A stretch of 64,000 nucleotides of DNA from the human T2T-CHM13v2.0 reference genome, Homo sapiens, in assembly GCF_009914755.1 (NCBI RefSeq), contig NC_060925.1. One strand, written 5' to 3'. The translations under genes were made by a program, and so were the position numbers. Under the pieces are notes generated by a model, which was not told where the DNA came from, did not search any database, and worked only from the letters and a program-made list of their open reading frames with translations. Below are positions 30,671 through 43,992 of the stretch, piece after piece. Positions within the stretch are counted from its first letter, which is position 1; every line of letters starts with the position of its first letter.

Positions 30671-33600
30671 TACTCCAAATGTCTTTTGGCCTTTAAACTA
30701 TTTTTGTAATAGGTAGGATTCATCATAGGTGACTGCCTCCTTCTTATCAACTTTGACATCAGAATTTGATTCCTGGGATATTCAGATGTAGCCAGAGATA
30801 CAGATTCTCATTACAAAATCATGGTAACTTACATAAAGGACAAGCATACAGCTGTATTGCACAGAAGTGAGCACTGAGTTTGGCAGAATGTTTGAGATAT
30901 CATGACCTGTTCAGGAAAAATACTTCATTGGAGAACCCCAAAAATTGAAAGATGAACTTGTCTCATTTAGTTAGTTTGCTCTACGTTGGTCCCTAATAGG
31001 AAACCTCAAAGTAAGACAACGAGAATATGGTCTTACCCCATTGAGGCTATTACAGTGGTCTCTAATGAAAAATAAACATTTCTCTAGTTAAGTTTTGTTT
31101 TGCCTTTGATGATGGAAATGCACTTTCAGATCAGCTAATATGTTAAAATCTATAATAGGAAAGTAGAAATACAAAGATAGATTACCCACAATATTTGCAT
31201 GTTTATTTAAATTAAAAGGAAAAACACTATAAACCAATATAAACCAAATATCAAGACTATATTTTTTAATATTCTGAATTACTGAGCAATTTTTATCAGT
31301 TCTACAAAGAACTATACAAACTTTATATATTGTCTTCAAAATAAAAGCTACTCAAGTTTTTTTTCTAGAAGTTTTAGGTCATCAATTCCAACTGAAGCCA
31401 GCACTTCTTAAATTATAAGAATGAAATAAAATAAGGAGCTCATTTTCTGCTTTACACAACAGAAAATGAGACCTAAGAATAAACTGGTCATCTAGGTATC
31501 AGCATGAAATGTTTCAGAAAGGGACATGTCTCTCTTTCTTCTCCTCCTGTTTTTTTAAATGAATATACATGATAGAACAATGAATTTGTGAATGTGAAAT
31601 AAGTTTCAGTTTGTTGAAAGAATCACTACAAATTTTACCTGATAAAATGATTATTCAAAACCCAAGAGACATTTCAAATAATAAGACGGCTTTGATAAAT
31701 AAGTGTATATTAAAAAAACAGGTACTTTCTACAAGACAGCTATTCTTTTAATATGTTGTTTTCATTATTTTCCAGCAGAAAAAGAGACTGCCTGAATGCT
31801 AACAAATATCAGTTTGGTCTGGTATTTTCCAACAGATGTATCTGAAAGACAAACATTACATAAACCCATACATATCAGTGGAAGATGAGAAAAATGATGC
31901 TTAGGGCAATCTGATGGTATCCTCTAGTATACAAAGCTGTTTGTATCTCTTTTTTGATTATTTTTGTGTCCCAATTATTACACCCATTAGTGCCCTTAGG
32001 ATAAAGCAACACAAAACAAAACACAACAAAGACCTGTCTGTCTGAAAATGGCAGACAGGTCTTTGAGGTTATAGATGGATTTATTGGTTCTCTGTTTCTA
32101 AATTCCTCAAAAGGACCTGAGCAATTTACTGCCTGAAAAATGTTGAGGACTGAGCACCTGGAGGCCTTTAATAATGATGATGGTAGGAAAGCTATGGAGT
32201 TAATTTTCAATGTGAATTATATTGAGTACTCAGGCTCAGAATGAAACTCCTCTGGTGAAAGAAAGGGAAATACAACATTTCGTAGAGGTTATAAAATGTT
32301 TGTTAGATTCTATGTGTAAGAGGTATCAACAACTATAAGAAATAATGCCTCATTCAGGCTCCAGTGAACAATATGAAATATGTCTCAATACCTATTTTTT
32401 GTTTTCGTTTTTATACTTGATATGATAATTTAAAGAACTAGCATAACAAGGATAGGTTTTTTCTTCTTTTTAAATAAACAGTATGGTCCTCTCTTGCACT
32501 AAAAATAATCTGATTTTGTGACTCTCCTAAATAAAAATAGGATGCATCATTCAAAATTTCTAACTTAAATAAATGGCTTTTCATGTCCACAGATGAATAT
32601 TTAACAGTAAATTCTTGAATGATCATTCTACCATTTATTACTTTTTATTCAATAATATTAATTGAACTTCTATGTGCTAAGCAGAGTACTAGGAGCCAAT
32701 GACTAAAAAGTGATAAACATACATGTGGCTTATTCATGTGCACTTTTTTGGTGCTTAGGATGTTTTAAGAGAAACCAATGAATAAATAAGAACTAAACAG
32801 GCAGTCAAGACAGTGTGTTAAATGCTCTAACAGGAGAAGCACCTATTTCTAGTTGAATTAAACCACATGATTTTTTTTTCAAAGCACTCAGCTCTCAAAG
32901 GCTCAACTACTTTATCCATAAAATAGGGATTATAATTTATTACCTGGGTGAAAAAAAATAAGTGAAGCAGATGCTTTCCTGGGACCTCTTGCCATCCTAA
33001 CATTTATGATTCAATGAAATAATAATTTCCTGGAAATTGTTTAAAATATAAAATATACGCCAACCACCCATCTCCCCACAAATCACAGAAAAAAATAATC
33101 AAGGACACGGAGTCTGACACTATGACCTTGTTTTTCCTTTATGATCTTCCTGGGAGAGGTCTGTTTGGCATATAGAGATTCACAGTAAGAATGTAGCGGT
33201 GATTGGTAATGCTAATTTGCCATAGCGTTTTAGTTTTACCAGATGGCTCCATGGTTATCCTGGTTCTGGTTACCAGATGAAGCTAAAGTTTCCCCTTTTA
33301 TGGATAAGCAGTAGGTATTTTTTAATATGACAACATTTCTTATTAGTATCTAATATTAGTATTCCTCTGAACAAATTCCATAAAGCAGTAAAAGAAATTA
33401 CTGGGAAAAATTATTAGATTTCTCTAGGTCATGAATATCTTATGAAGCTTTCAAAACAGTATCAGGAAAGAAAGCTGATATAAAAAAGGAACTGGATACA
33501 CTTCCAAAGAAGGTACTAATAACTGACATTGGTAGATTTGACATTTTAGCACATATCAAATTTTGTATCAGAGTTTGCAGAATATGGTACTAGCTCTGTG

Positions 33601-34336
33601 CATTTGCCATGTCTTCAAATAAAAGATAATACATGAATGACAACTGCCAATATGTTACTGCATTTTTGTATTTTAAATTTTCTCATTTACATTTTTCTTC
33701 CCATATTTAATTTAAACAATATTTGAGAATATAATTTTAACATCCACCCCCAAGTAGGCTAGAATGTCATGTATCTAGAATGATTGACATGGATTGCAAT
33801 ATTACTGAGACAGAAGAACACTGGCTAGTCAGTCAATTTTAAAGTTAATTTTAAAAATATATTAATTTTCCTACAAAGGGATGAGATAATTCAAGTTAGT
33901 AATGTGGTATCATTATCACCGTCATTATTATAGGAATAAAGAAATTGGAGTAGATGACAACTTAGGTCATTTCAAGTGATAATTGCTTTTGGTAGTTCTA
34001 ACTTTATCATAATGCTATAAATTAAATGAAACACTGTATGTAAAGATGATTTGAAAATTATAGCATTCTGTATAAAAGTACATTTCAGGCCATCTGATGG
34101 CTAGCTGCTAGTTGATCAGTTAATTCAAACAAATGATCAATTCAGTCTCTTAAATAGCTTTACTTCTTTTTATAAAAATGGTTAGCTATGTTACTGTAAT
34201 GACTGATTTTTAAGATACTGTTAGGGTACTGTTATCACGTTATTTTTGAGGTCAGAGCTGAAGTCTTATAGGTCAGAGTGTGAAGACGCTAAGCAGCATC
34301 ACCCCTAAGCGTTCTCTAGTTAGACAAATCTAACTG

Positions 34337-34434
34337 CAGATGCTCCTCGCCTTACCATGGGGTTATGTCCCTATAAGTCCATTGTTAACTTGAAAAGATC
34401 CTAAGTCAAACTCTCATAACGTGAGGACCACCCG
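34337..34434. mobile_element. MER47C-like (Tigger5-derived) ~98-bp MITE
   Basis: cagatgctcctcgccttaccatggggttatgtccc...cataacgtgaggaccacccg followed by TA. Confidence 0.8.
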
Positions 34435-34739
34435 TACTACAGAATGGTTGGAAATGGATGTGAAAGAACTAGTGACCCAAACAGGATGGCATTTTCCTTC
34501 TGACTGAGGGAAAAAGAGAACCCATGAAAGAATGGCAGTTCAGGGTAGAAAGACTGTTGGTCCATGGTTATGTTGGGAGTATATTTGGGAATCTACTGTA
34601 CCACTCAGGGAATCATTTAACTAAACAAATGATTGCTACCTTGCCTTCAGATTGCTAGAAGGATAAAAGCTATCATTTATTAAGCACCTACTTGGTATGA
34701 GACACCTGTTTATATGTGTGTTATATTATTTATCAATTT

Positions 34740-35400
34740 ATTTAACAATATGGGCCTATGATATGAAAGACACTGTTCGTGGCATTGAAAATACAGCAAT
34801 GACTGATATAAACAAGATTTTATTTTCATAGGGCTTACAATCAAGTGGAACTGAATTTTTTAAAAAAAGGAAAATTAAGGTAATTTCTGATGTCATCAGT
34901 GGTAAGGAGAAATAATATTGTAATTTTGTGGAATGACCAGGGCAACTTGGATCAGTGGAGTCAGAAGGTTACATTTGTTACAGAGCTGAGGAATGAAAAA
35001 AGAGTAGAGTAATACTGTCAAAACAAAACAAAACAAAAAGAAGAATTAAACTGCATCTACTTTTGCTGCAGAAAACTTGGATCAGTGGAGTCAGAAGGTT
35101 ACATTTGTTACAGAGCTGAGGAATGAAAAAAGAGTAGAGTAATACTGTCAAAACAAAACAAAACAAAAAGAAGAATTAAACTGCATCTACTTTTGCTGCA
35201 GAATTCCATGATAAGGGCAGAAAAAGTGTCATGAGATTTAATAAAACAGAGATCCTGGCAAACTTTGAGAAGATATGAATACAATTGAAATGGCTGAGAA
35301 TGAAGAGATGGAAGTAGAGACAGTATACAGAAAACTCTCAATTAGTTTGGCTATGAAATAAAACTGGTAGTAGAAGGAGAGAAATTGGTGCCCAAGAAGT
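34740..35400 (-). mobile_element. LINE-2 3' fragment hosting the 130-bp duplication
   Basis: gacactgttcgtggcattgaaaatacagcaatga...catagggcttacaatcaagtgg is L2 3'-end-like. Right boundary uncertain. Confidence 0.55.
34944..35203. repeat. Perfect 2 x 130-bp tandem duplication
   Basis: 34944-35073 is identical to 35074-35203 base for base. Confidence 0.98.
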
Positions 35401-35469
35401 AGCATTTTAGTGTTGTGAGATTAGAGTATAATGATAGGCATAATCTTGAAGTATTAATAATACAGATAA

Positions 35470-35700
35470 TGACAATAATGCAAAAATAACAATGATGGCT
35501 TATAATATGCAAGATATTTTTCTAAATGCTTTACCTGAATTATTTAAATTTATCACCACAACATACTTTCAAAAAAGGTATACTATATTGCATCTTGTTT
35601 TACAGAAATCTGAAAGAGTGAGATGAACTACTTTCCAAGGTTTTACACACAGTAAATGGCAAAGTAGTAATTCAAACCCACAAAATTTGAATATTGACAC
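35470..35700 (-). mobile_element. MIR
   Basis: aaatgctttacctgaattattt...ttttacagaaatctgaaagagtgag...ccaagg..acacagtaaatggcaaagtagtaattcaaaccca. Confidence 0.75.
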
Positions 35701-36124
35701 TCAAAGCACCCTAAATATAAAAACCTCCTCTCATAGACCACTGCAAAATCAACAAATTCCAATCTCTCTAAAGTTATCCAACACTGCATTTGTTTTGGGG
35801 TGAAGAAAAGGGGAAGTGAGTAAGGGAAATCATTACATAAAAATTACCAGCCCTAATATACATACCTGGTTATATATTTCAGGAAGCCTGTGTGGTCTTT
35901 TGAATTGAAATCTCCCTATTTTTTAGTTACGTGGCTGTGGCTAAATTCCAAATTTCTGAGCGTTAGTTTTCATTTTATAAAATTGAGACCTTAATGATTC
36001 TTTCAGTGGATTTTTGAGAAGTAAACTACGTTATATATGTACAGGTGTTTTCTCAGCTATAATGTGTTATACCTCAGTAACATAGCATGACGGTTTTTAC
36101 TATGATTACTATTGTTATGGTTGA

Positions 36125-36570
36125 GTGCTGGACTATGGCAGCCATTTCTGAATTTTACCTCCTTTGCTGGATACTCCTCCATTCCCTTATTGGAGAAAAA
36201 GAAAACAGGGTCTGACATCTATGTAATAAGTCACCTGGATTATCTTTCCTTCTGTAGGTTGGGTTCCACTAACAGGAGGCATAAGTAGGTGAGTACAAGT
36301 TAGAGAGAAAGGATATTCTCTCCTGCCTGGAAGTTTTGAAATAGCTCTTGAGTTTTTTACAAAACCCATAAGTCCTGCATGTATCTTTGGTTCAGTTAAT
36401 CATTCCCTCCTCTTTCCCCTTTAAGACTAGGGGTGGGGACATCTTTCTACTTATTGGTTCCCTATGCCTGTTTTTACCTTGGTCTCTTCATTAAACACTC
36501 TTCAATTACCCTTTCTGGCTACAACAAGGTTTTGTTTGTTTGTTTGTTTGTTTTGCCTAGATCCTGTCTG
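36125..36570 (+). mobile_element. LTR33/LTR16-like ERVL LTR relic
   Basis: ccctttaagactaggggtggg...ctcttcattaaacactcttcaattaccc resembles the LTR33 3' part. Confidence 0.5.
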
Positions 36571-37149
36571 ATAATCTTGTCCCTGAACAACTCTCATGGT
36601 GATATTCTCAAGGTCTTCTTGTTTTTTGTTTTGTTTTGTTTTTGTTTTTCCTGAAGTGGATTTTAATCTTTTTCCCGTGGCTCCTTTTAATAACCATCCT
36701 GTCCAGAGCATCTTGGTATTTTAAGTGTTGATTCCATTTAAAAACAAAAAGCAAAGTCACACAAAACTGTCAACCATAACTTGTGATAAGCATGAAAAAG
36801 CCAACATTAAAATCTAAGTTAAGTATAGACAAAAGTTATCAACAGTATTAATTACACATGTTGTAAAGACCTTCTAGATTTTGTATCCTGTTTCATTATA
36901 TCCTCAGATAAGCAGAAGGTGTAAATGCTAACATGGTTAAAACTATCAGCTTTTCCTTAGTGAATTGCTTTTTAAAAGATATTTAATAAACCCTGATGTA
37001 AATTATTATTCTATTTTATCTACTAAAATATAATCTTTTATATTTAATTATATTAATATACATTAAATATGTTTAATTAATTATTAGTTAATATTTCTAT
37101 TGAATATATACTGTTATTTATTATATTCTTTTTTATATTTAATTATTTA

Positions 37150-37900
37150 ATCAAAGTAAAATGAATATTGTATTATGTGAAGTAGGACTCAAGTGTCATT
37201 TTTTTCAGCAGTAATTACCTATTGTCTTACTACAATTTATTTAATAGTTTATGTTTTCTCCACTTTGTATACAATATCAGCTCTATCATAAACTAAATTT
37301 CCATATGCCTATTCTTTCCATTGGTTAATTTTTCTGTCCTTACTCACACCACCATTTTAATATAGACCTATAATAAGTCCTGATAGCTGTTTGGACACAT
37401 CTACTAAACCTTGTTTGTTTTCCTTAAGAATGCCTCGCTATTCATGATGCTTTGTGTTCCCAGCCAAATTTTAAAGTTAGACTGTCAGCTACTATATAAA
37501 CATGTAGGCATTTTAATTTGAATTGCTTTAAATCTATTAATTATTTTGGGACGATTGACATCATTGTGATACTGAAACTTTTAATATCTCCTATTTATGT
37601 AAATGTTCTTTGCTGGCTTTAAATAATGTCTCATAATTTTCTGAGTCATATAAATATTTACACATCTAGGTATCTCATTTTGTTTTGCTACTGCAATCTG
37701 TAGGTTTAGAAAAATTATATACTCTATTAATACACTTGGGTATTAATTTTAATCCAGTTGCTAAATCTTCTCATTAAATATAATAATTCATTTGCAGCTT
37801 TTCTTATGTTTTCTATGAAATCTATTTGTATATTTTTCTATGTAGATAATGATACCATCACAAATAAAGCATATGTTTTCTAGCATCCTGGCAGTTTTCA
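37150..37900 (-). mobile_element. Ancient L1M fragment
   Basis: Antisense ORF2-like motifs (taattacctattgtcttactacaatttatttaatag; attttaatttgaattgctttaaatctattaattattttgggacgattgacatc). Confidence 0.7.
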
Positions 37901-39759
37901 TATGAATAATTATAATGTCATTTAGTTCTATTTTTAAAACTTCCATTTTGATTTCTTCTCAGACAAGTAACTTATTTTGAACTTTTAAAAACAGCCATTG
38001 TTATTTTTGCACCTTATTCCTAATTTTATATCGTTTCTTTATTAATATTTTCAAGAATTATGTATTTAAAAATATAATATCAGTAAAGGTACAATCACGA
38101 GGCTGTAACCATCTGTTATTTGACAGGGAAACTTCAAAATAAAGAATTACTTAGTACAATACACAATGATTAACCACCAAAGAATTGAAACAAAGCTTTA
38201 AGGGGCCCCTTTACTAACCAAATAATGGTGCGTCTCCTGAATGCTACTTTCTTAATAAACGGAAGCATCATTTATCCTGAGGACCAATTTAGAAACCTCT
38301 ATTATTTTTATAAACCATTTATTCTCGTCTTATCAAGTCATCAAATAGTGAAGATTCTAGGCCCATCCAATCAAGTTTTCACATTGCCACCTAAGTAATA
38401 TTTTAGAAATGCAAGTTTGATCATTTCTCTCTATTGTTTACAATAGTTCAATGGATCCTTCTTCCCTTGAAGACAGAGATCTTTAATCTGCCATAAAAGA
38501 ATCTCCAATGTCTGGCTGAACCTGGTTTATTACCCACTTTCTGCCTTTTCTGCACTGAATTACTTGCCATGTACTAATGCACAACGGGCTTAGGTATGTG
38601 TATGTCCTACAATCTATCTTTCACAAAATTTTTACATGTATTGGTTCTTTGTATACTCAACATGGAGAAGTTTCACTCTTTTCCCCAAGTCTCTTTTCTG
38701 ATAAATTTATACTTGACTTGTTCTGTTACTATCTTCAATTTAAGTTAAGCTGTTTGCTCAAGGTTATATATAGAAAGTTATAGATTCAATTGTACTGCTT
38801 AGTTTTCTGGTCTTTTAACTATGCTATTATCTGAAGGACAGAGAGACTCCACATCATAGCATGCATAATGGAGAAATAATTCTAAAGGACACTGTTAAGA
38901 ATTTCACGTGTTTTTTAAAAAAGCACAGCTTCTTAAAAAAATAAAATTGTACTCACTCAGAAACTCAATATGTAATATCTACTCTTCTTCCAGCTTCCTG
39001 GGTGTAGCAGTTTGAAAAAAAATAGCTGTATTTGTTGTCCTTATAGTATCAGAAACAATACAAACCTGCATGCCTAACAAATCATTTGTGGGATAATGGC
39101 AACTGGGTGGAAAGCTTAAGAAAAACAGGAAACAATCCTCATCATACTTTAAATACTAATCAAAACAATTTTTCTGTAGGAAGACTTATGGTGAAGCTAA
39201 GATCAACAAAATGAGTCATATCCGGTCCAGAACGAGCCAGGCATACAGGAGAAGAAAGTGTCAATTTAGGACTCATTTTACTACAGGGAGGAAGGTTCTG
39301 TAATTATGATAAAAATAAATTATATAAAGCATAACAGAATCATATGATATATCCTTATAAAAGACCTAACTATTCCAAAATTTCATGACTTCATCATTTC
39401 ATCATATTTATCACATCCTTGCAGGATTATTTGTCCATGCAAAGCCAGTAAAAACAGGTGATCATTTAGCTGTATAATCTGATTTTGAAACCAGATTATT
39501 TTCCCCTCTTTGTAGTGGGGAAATTTCATTTTGTAATGTTTAAGAGGTTAAGCTCTATTAGTTACACATAGCTTTAAACCTCAACTGTGACATTTGCCAA
39601 ATGTTGACCTTGGGCAACTTGCTTAACTAAGATTATTTCCCTGCTTCTGTACATGCAAATAATTATATCTATGCTATATGATTGCAATAAGGATATGGCA
39701 TAAGGATGACTAAAATTGGATATCAATTAAAAAGTGATAAAAAAGTAAAAAAGAAATTA

Positions 39760-40290
39760 AAACTAGCTTATAGAAAAGGAAATGTATTTACTGGTTCTCA
39801 TAACTCTTAGGTATAGCAATAGCTTTACTTCAGGTGATGCCTGACCCAGGTTTCAAGCAATGTTACCAGGACTCGATTATACTCTACACAGTCTAGCACA
39901 TTTCCCTTATGCCAACTGCATTCACAGCTTTCCCTCCATTTATCATATAAAAATACTCTCATAGGTTTTCATATCCTTTCCTATTTATCCTGTAGAAAGT
40001 TTGGTAAAAATATAGATCTTGGTTTTAGGCATGTGTAGCAAAAGTTATAAAATACATATTGATTGAACTGTTTTAGATTATATGCTGCTCTTAGAACCAT
40101 TCACCACAACCATTCACCACAACCAATAAGATTGACTTGGGCCTGAATCACATTGTCCATCCTTGGAGAGGGTGGTTGACCACTATCCTTCTTAGATATT
40201 GTAAACTGAGAGGGTGAAATGAATCCCTGAATAGAAATTAGATGGGGAGAGAAAGCCATTCTAGAAGAGTTAATAGATGCCAGGAAGGGG
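39760..40290 (-). mobile_element. MLT1K/L-like LTR relic
   Basis: aactagcttatagaaaaggaaatgtatttactggttctcataact...gattgacttgggcctgaatcacattgtccatccttggag. Confidence 0.55.
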
Positions 40291-40857
40291 CTAGTGAGTA
40301 AACAAAAACTTCCTATTTTCTATAAAGAGGTTAACTTTGTAACTGCATATCTGACAGGTCTCAGTATGCAGCACTATCAGATAACAACCAATCAAACAAA
40401 CAAGCAAATCAAACACTACTCCTTATTTGTAACACTTCATCCTCCCTGAAATTTTTGGTTTTAAGAATAACGATCATAAGCAGCAGACTTCTTTAGTTTT
40501 GACTAGATTTTCATTGAGGTTTTTCTTGTGGTTAGTAGGGTAGCATTTATGATTCTCTTCCTTAAACAATGAAGATCATCAAATAAAAAACATAAATAAA
40601 AATAAAAAGCCTTCATTTCTAATATATAGGAAATAATATGTTATTCTTCTAAATTATATTGGATTGGATAAATATAGAAGATTAAATCAAATAATTGCTG
40701 GGGTTCAATAACAGGATCATTCATAAATAATGTTCAACTGAGTGAAAGCACAAGGGAGTCCAATAGGTTCCACTCATCTAGGGCAAGTTAAATGGGAGGA
40801 AGTAAAACCAGTCTTACAATGATGGTGGCAAGTTGCCCTAAATCTGTCTGTGAAAGG

Positions 40858-41869
40858 TATTCAAAGGAAAACTTTAGACAAGTTAAATTTAACAGAGTTT
40901 AACTGAGCAAAGAATGATTCACAAATCGGACAGCCCCTGAACCAGAATAGGTTCAGAAAGACAGAAAAAAAAGTGATGTACAGGAAAGAGAAGTGAGGCA
41001 CAGAAACAACTGGCTTGGTTACAGCCCAGTGTTTGCCTTATTTGAATGCTATTTGAACAGTTGGTTATAATATGGACAGAAGGCAGGGAAATACTGGGTA
41101 GAAGAGAGCGGTCCCTGGCAAAGGCCCTACCCTCAAGCATGGAAACTCACGGCCCTAAATGGGAACAGGCATTCCTGTTTTCATGTCCAATGTTATTTCT
41201 TCCAAGACCGCTCTGGCCCACCATGCCTGGGGACAGTCAGAGAGGAGATAAGTTGCGGGATGGAGGAACTCCAGGGAAAGATCATTTTCCCACTCCATTC
41301 GCTTTCCAGGCCCCTATCCATCCCACTGAGAGCCACCTCCATCACTCACCGTCCCTCCCTGCATTCACCATCCTTCAAGTCCACGTGACCTGATTCTCCC
41401 TGGGTGCTGGACAAGGACCTAGGTACCAAGAGGTCAGGGTGTAAAAGACTGTCACCCTGACTTTCCACTGAGCTGGTTTAACACTTAATCAGTGGACAGC
41501 AAATGCTAAAAGAACATTAATTGTAACACACCTCAAGACGCTACCATGGGGTTGGAGCCCAAAAGCGCTCACCTGGGCTTCTGCACTTGTGCACCTGGCA
41601 TGCTCCCCCTCCCATAGGGATTTGAGTGCACAGCAGCCAAGCAAACTAGCCACACCCCTGTTGCAAGTCCCACAGGGGAGTCAGGGAACTTTCTTGCTTC
41701 AGTCACCTGTGAGTAGTTGAAGTGTAGCTTCTGTGATTGACTGAGACAGGGCTGCTTGTTACAAGAGTAGACCATTTACATATTGAGTTAGGTTACTGCT
41801 CACTATGTTCAGAGAAAACTTCAGGCCAAACTAATAAGGAGGCAGCTTTAAGCTAAATTTGATTTAACA
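40858..41869 (-). mobile_element. MER57-like ERV1 solo LTR, split by MER50
   Basis: The right end read on the minus strand is tgttaaatcaaatttagcttaaagctgcctcctt; the left end is aaaactttagacaagttaaatttaacagag. Flanking repeat aaagg/aaagg. Confidence 0.8.
41068..41701 (+). mobile_element. MER50-like ERV1 solo LTR nested in MER57
   Basis: taatatggacagaaggcagggaaatactgggtagaagagagcgg...gggagtcagggaactttcttgcttca. 4-bp TSD gtta/gtca. Confidence 0.8.
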
Positions 41870-43454
41870 AAAGGCGGCCATGATAAGCTGATTCTTCACC
41901 AACCTGCTTTTCCTAGCCTTATATATATCAATTTGTTGCAGCTTTCAAGAACATTTTCCGGTTCAGCTTGGATTACACACACCTCTAGATGTTGCGACTT
42001 AGTGTTGTAACTTGCCACTCACATAAAAAATGACATGGTTTCTCCAACTCGATGTCTTCAACTATTTTTATCCCAAAGATCCAGTGTCAGTTTCTGGAAA
42101 GCCTGCTATAATGTGGAGGTAGTATAGAGCAATTTGTGTTCATTAAAAAGTATTTTTAAATCTCCTGGTTTATGACAGAACAGATATAGTAATTTCGTGT
42201 TTCTAATTGCCTGATATTCTGGGTATCCTGACTCAATAGAGACTGTTGTGTAAAGAAATTGGAAGGATTTTATTTGTAATAAGTAACTAATAGAGTTGGT
42301 TAAAACTTTAGCTCCTATGATATTTGTAGATTTTAAGTACAGTACTGCTACAAATGAAATTTCAGTTACCCTAGTTATTTATACAGCACGGTTTCAAACA
42401 CAACCAAAAGGAATTCATTGAAACCTAACCACTATTAGTATGTTTATGCAGATAATGAAATTTTTGAGATTTTAAATATCTCTTACCTTTGGTAATAGGA
42501 GAAATGTGGGAAATAGTTTGTGAACTTATAAATACTTCAGGATGCTGGATTCTGTTTTAGGACCAACTTGAGAGAGATAATTTGTCCTATTTTGGCTAAA
42601 ATGTAACTTCTGTAGGATAAAATATATCAAGATTCAGGCAGAAAAGAAAAATGGCAAGAAAAGGTTCTTACTTGTTATTTTCATAGTTTCTTAAAGGAAA
42701 ATAAGCATTTCCTTATATTCTAAGAAGTGCATATTGAACCATCATAGGATAAATCGTTTAGTTGTGTTTTCAAGGGACACTTTCTCACTTTAACTTTCAG
42801 TCCCTGCCATGATTGCCTGGTTCCTCTCAAGGAGAGTTGAGAAGTGACTTTACTCAGGCTTTCCTCTGAGACTTAGAAGGTAAATAGTAGTTATCCTCTT
42901 TTTGTTCAAAGGACTTTAACTATTACCAAGTCTTGTTCCATGTGGAAAACAGCAGTGAAACATTAAGGACTTTTCAGTAATGTAAATGTTTCTTCACTGA
43001 CTTTTTATTTGACGCCTTCAACACCAAGTTTTAACTTTGAACATTTAGATCTGCCACAACTGATTGTAAGTTTATAGAAGCTCTGTCTTTATGAAGATTT
43101 CACTGTTCTGGGCCACTGAGGAACAATTTGGAGAAATTATTTCTTTCAGTACTGTGAAAAGGACTCAGGAGGACTGGAAGTAGAAAATTACCTCACATGG
43201 TTGAACATTGTACATGAAGGGAGTAATTTGCTCATTTCAGTCCCTTCCAGGATCAGCTTAAGTACAAGAGGATATCTCATAGATTTATCCATTAGCATTA
43301 GCATACGGCACTGAGGAAAACTGCTAAAGTAAAAGTAGAATTTTGTAATTCAGCCTGGCCAATTAAAACCTACTATTATATTACCTTGCACTTTTACAAA
43401 AGCTTGTTTTTAAATATATTAAACTACCCTTTGGGTATTAATTAAAGAAGACAC

Positions 43455-43766
<312 letters not shown>

Positions 43767-43981
43767 TCATGATTCACTTGAGAGACATCATTTTTTATGC
43801 CAGGGCTATTGTTTTCATGTAAGAAACACCGCGCAAAGAGAACCAAGTTGTCCCAGACACAAGAACATAAACACTGTGCTCAACTGCAGTTTTGCTCTGT
43901 GTCTCTGTTGATTGCTCTACCTAAACTGCCTGTATCCTGGTCTTGCTTCCTGACATTGAAAACAAAATTCTACCAGCATGC

Positions 43982-43992
43982 TGCTGAGTCAT
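43982..43992. promoter_or_regulatory. Consensus NFE2/NRF2/BACH-sMAF (ARE/MARE) motif TGCTGAGTCAT
   Basis: Exact 11-bp motif match only; function not shown. Confidence 0.35.

Noticed and set aside
34944-35203. Direct repeats as a possible CRISPR-like array or LTR pair
   Set aside because: There are only two abutting copies, no spacers, no TG..CA termini, and the context is mammalian.
39700-39725. actaaaattgga resembling U6 snRNA
   Set aside because: Only about 12 nt match and the flanks do not continue the U6 sequence.
40095-40125. Short tandem duplications (13-bp unit here; similar ones at ~23371, ~29260 and ~52971)
   Set aside because: These are ordinary slippage-scale duplications at unremarkable density.
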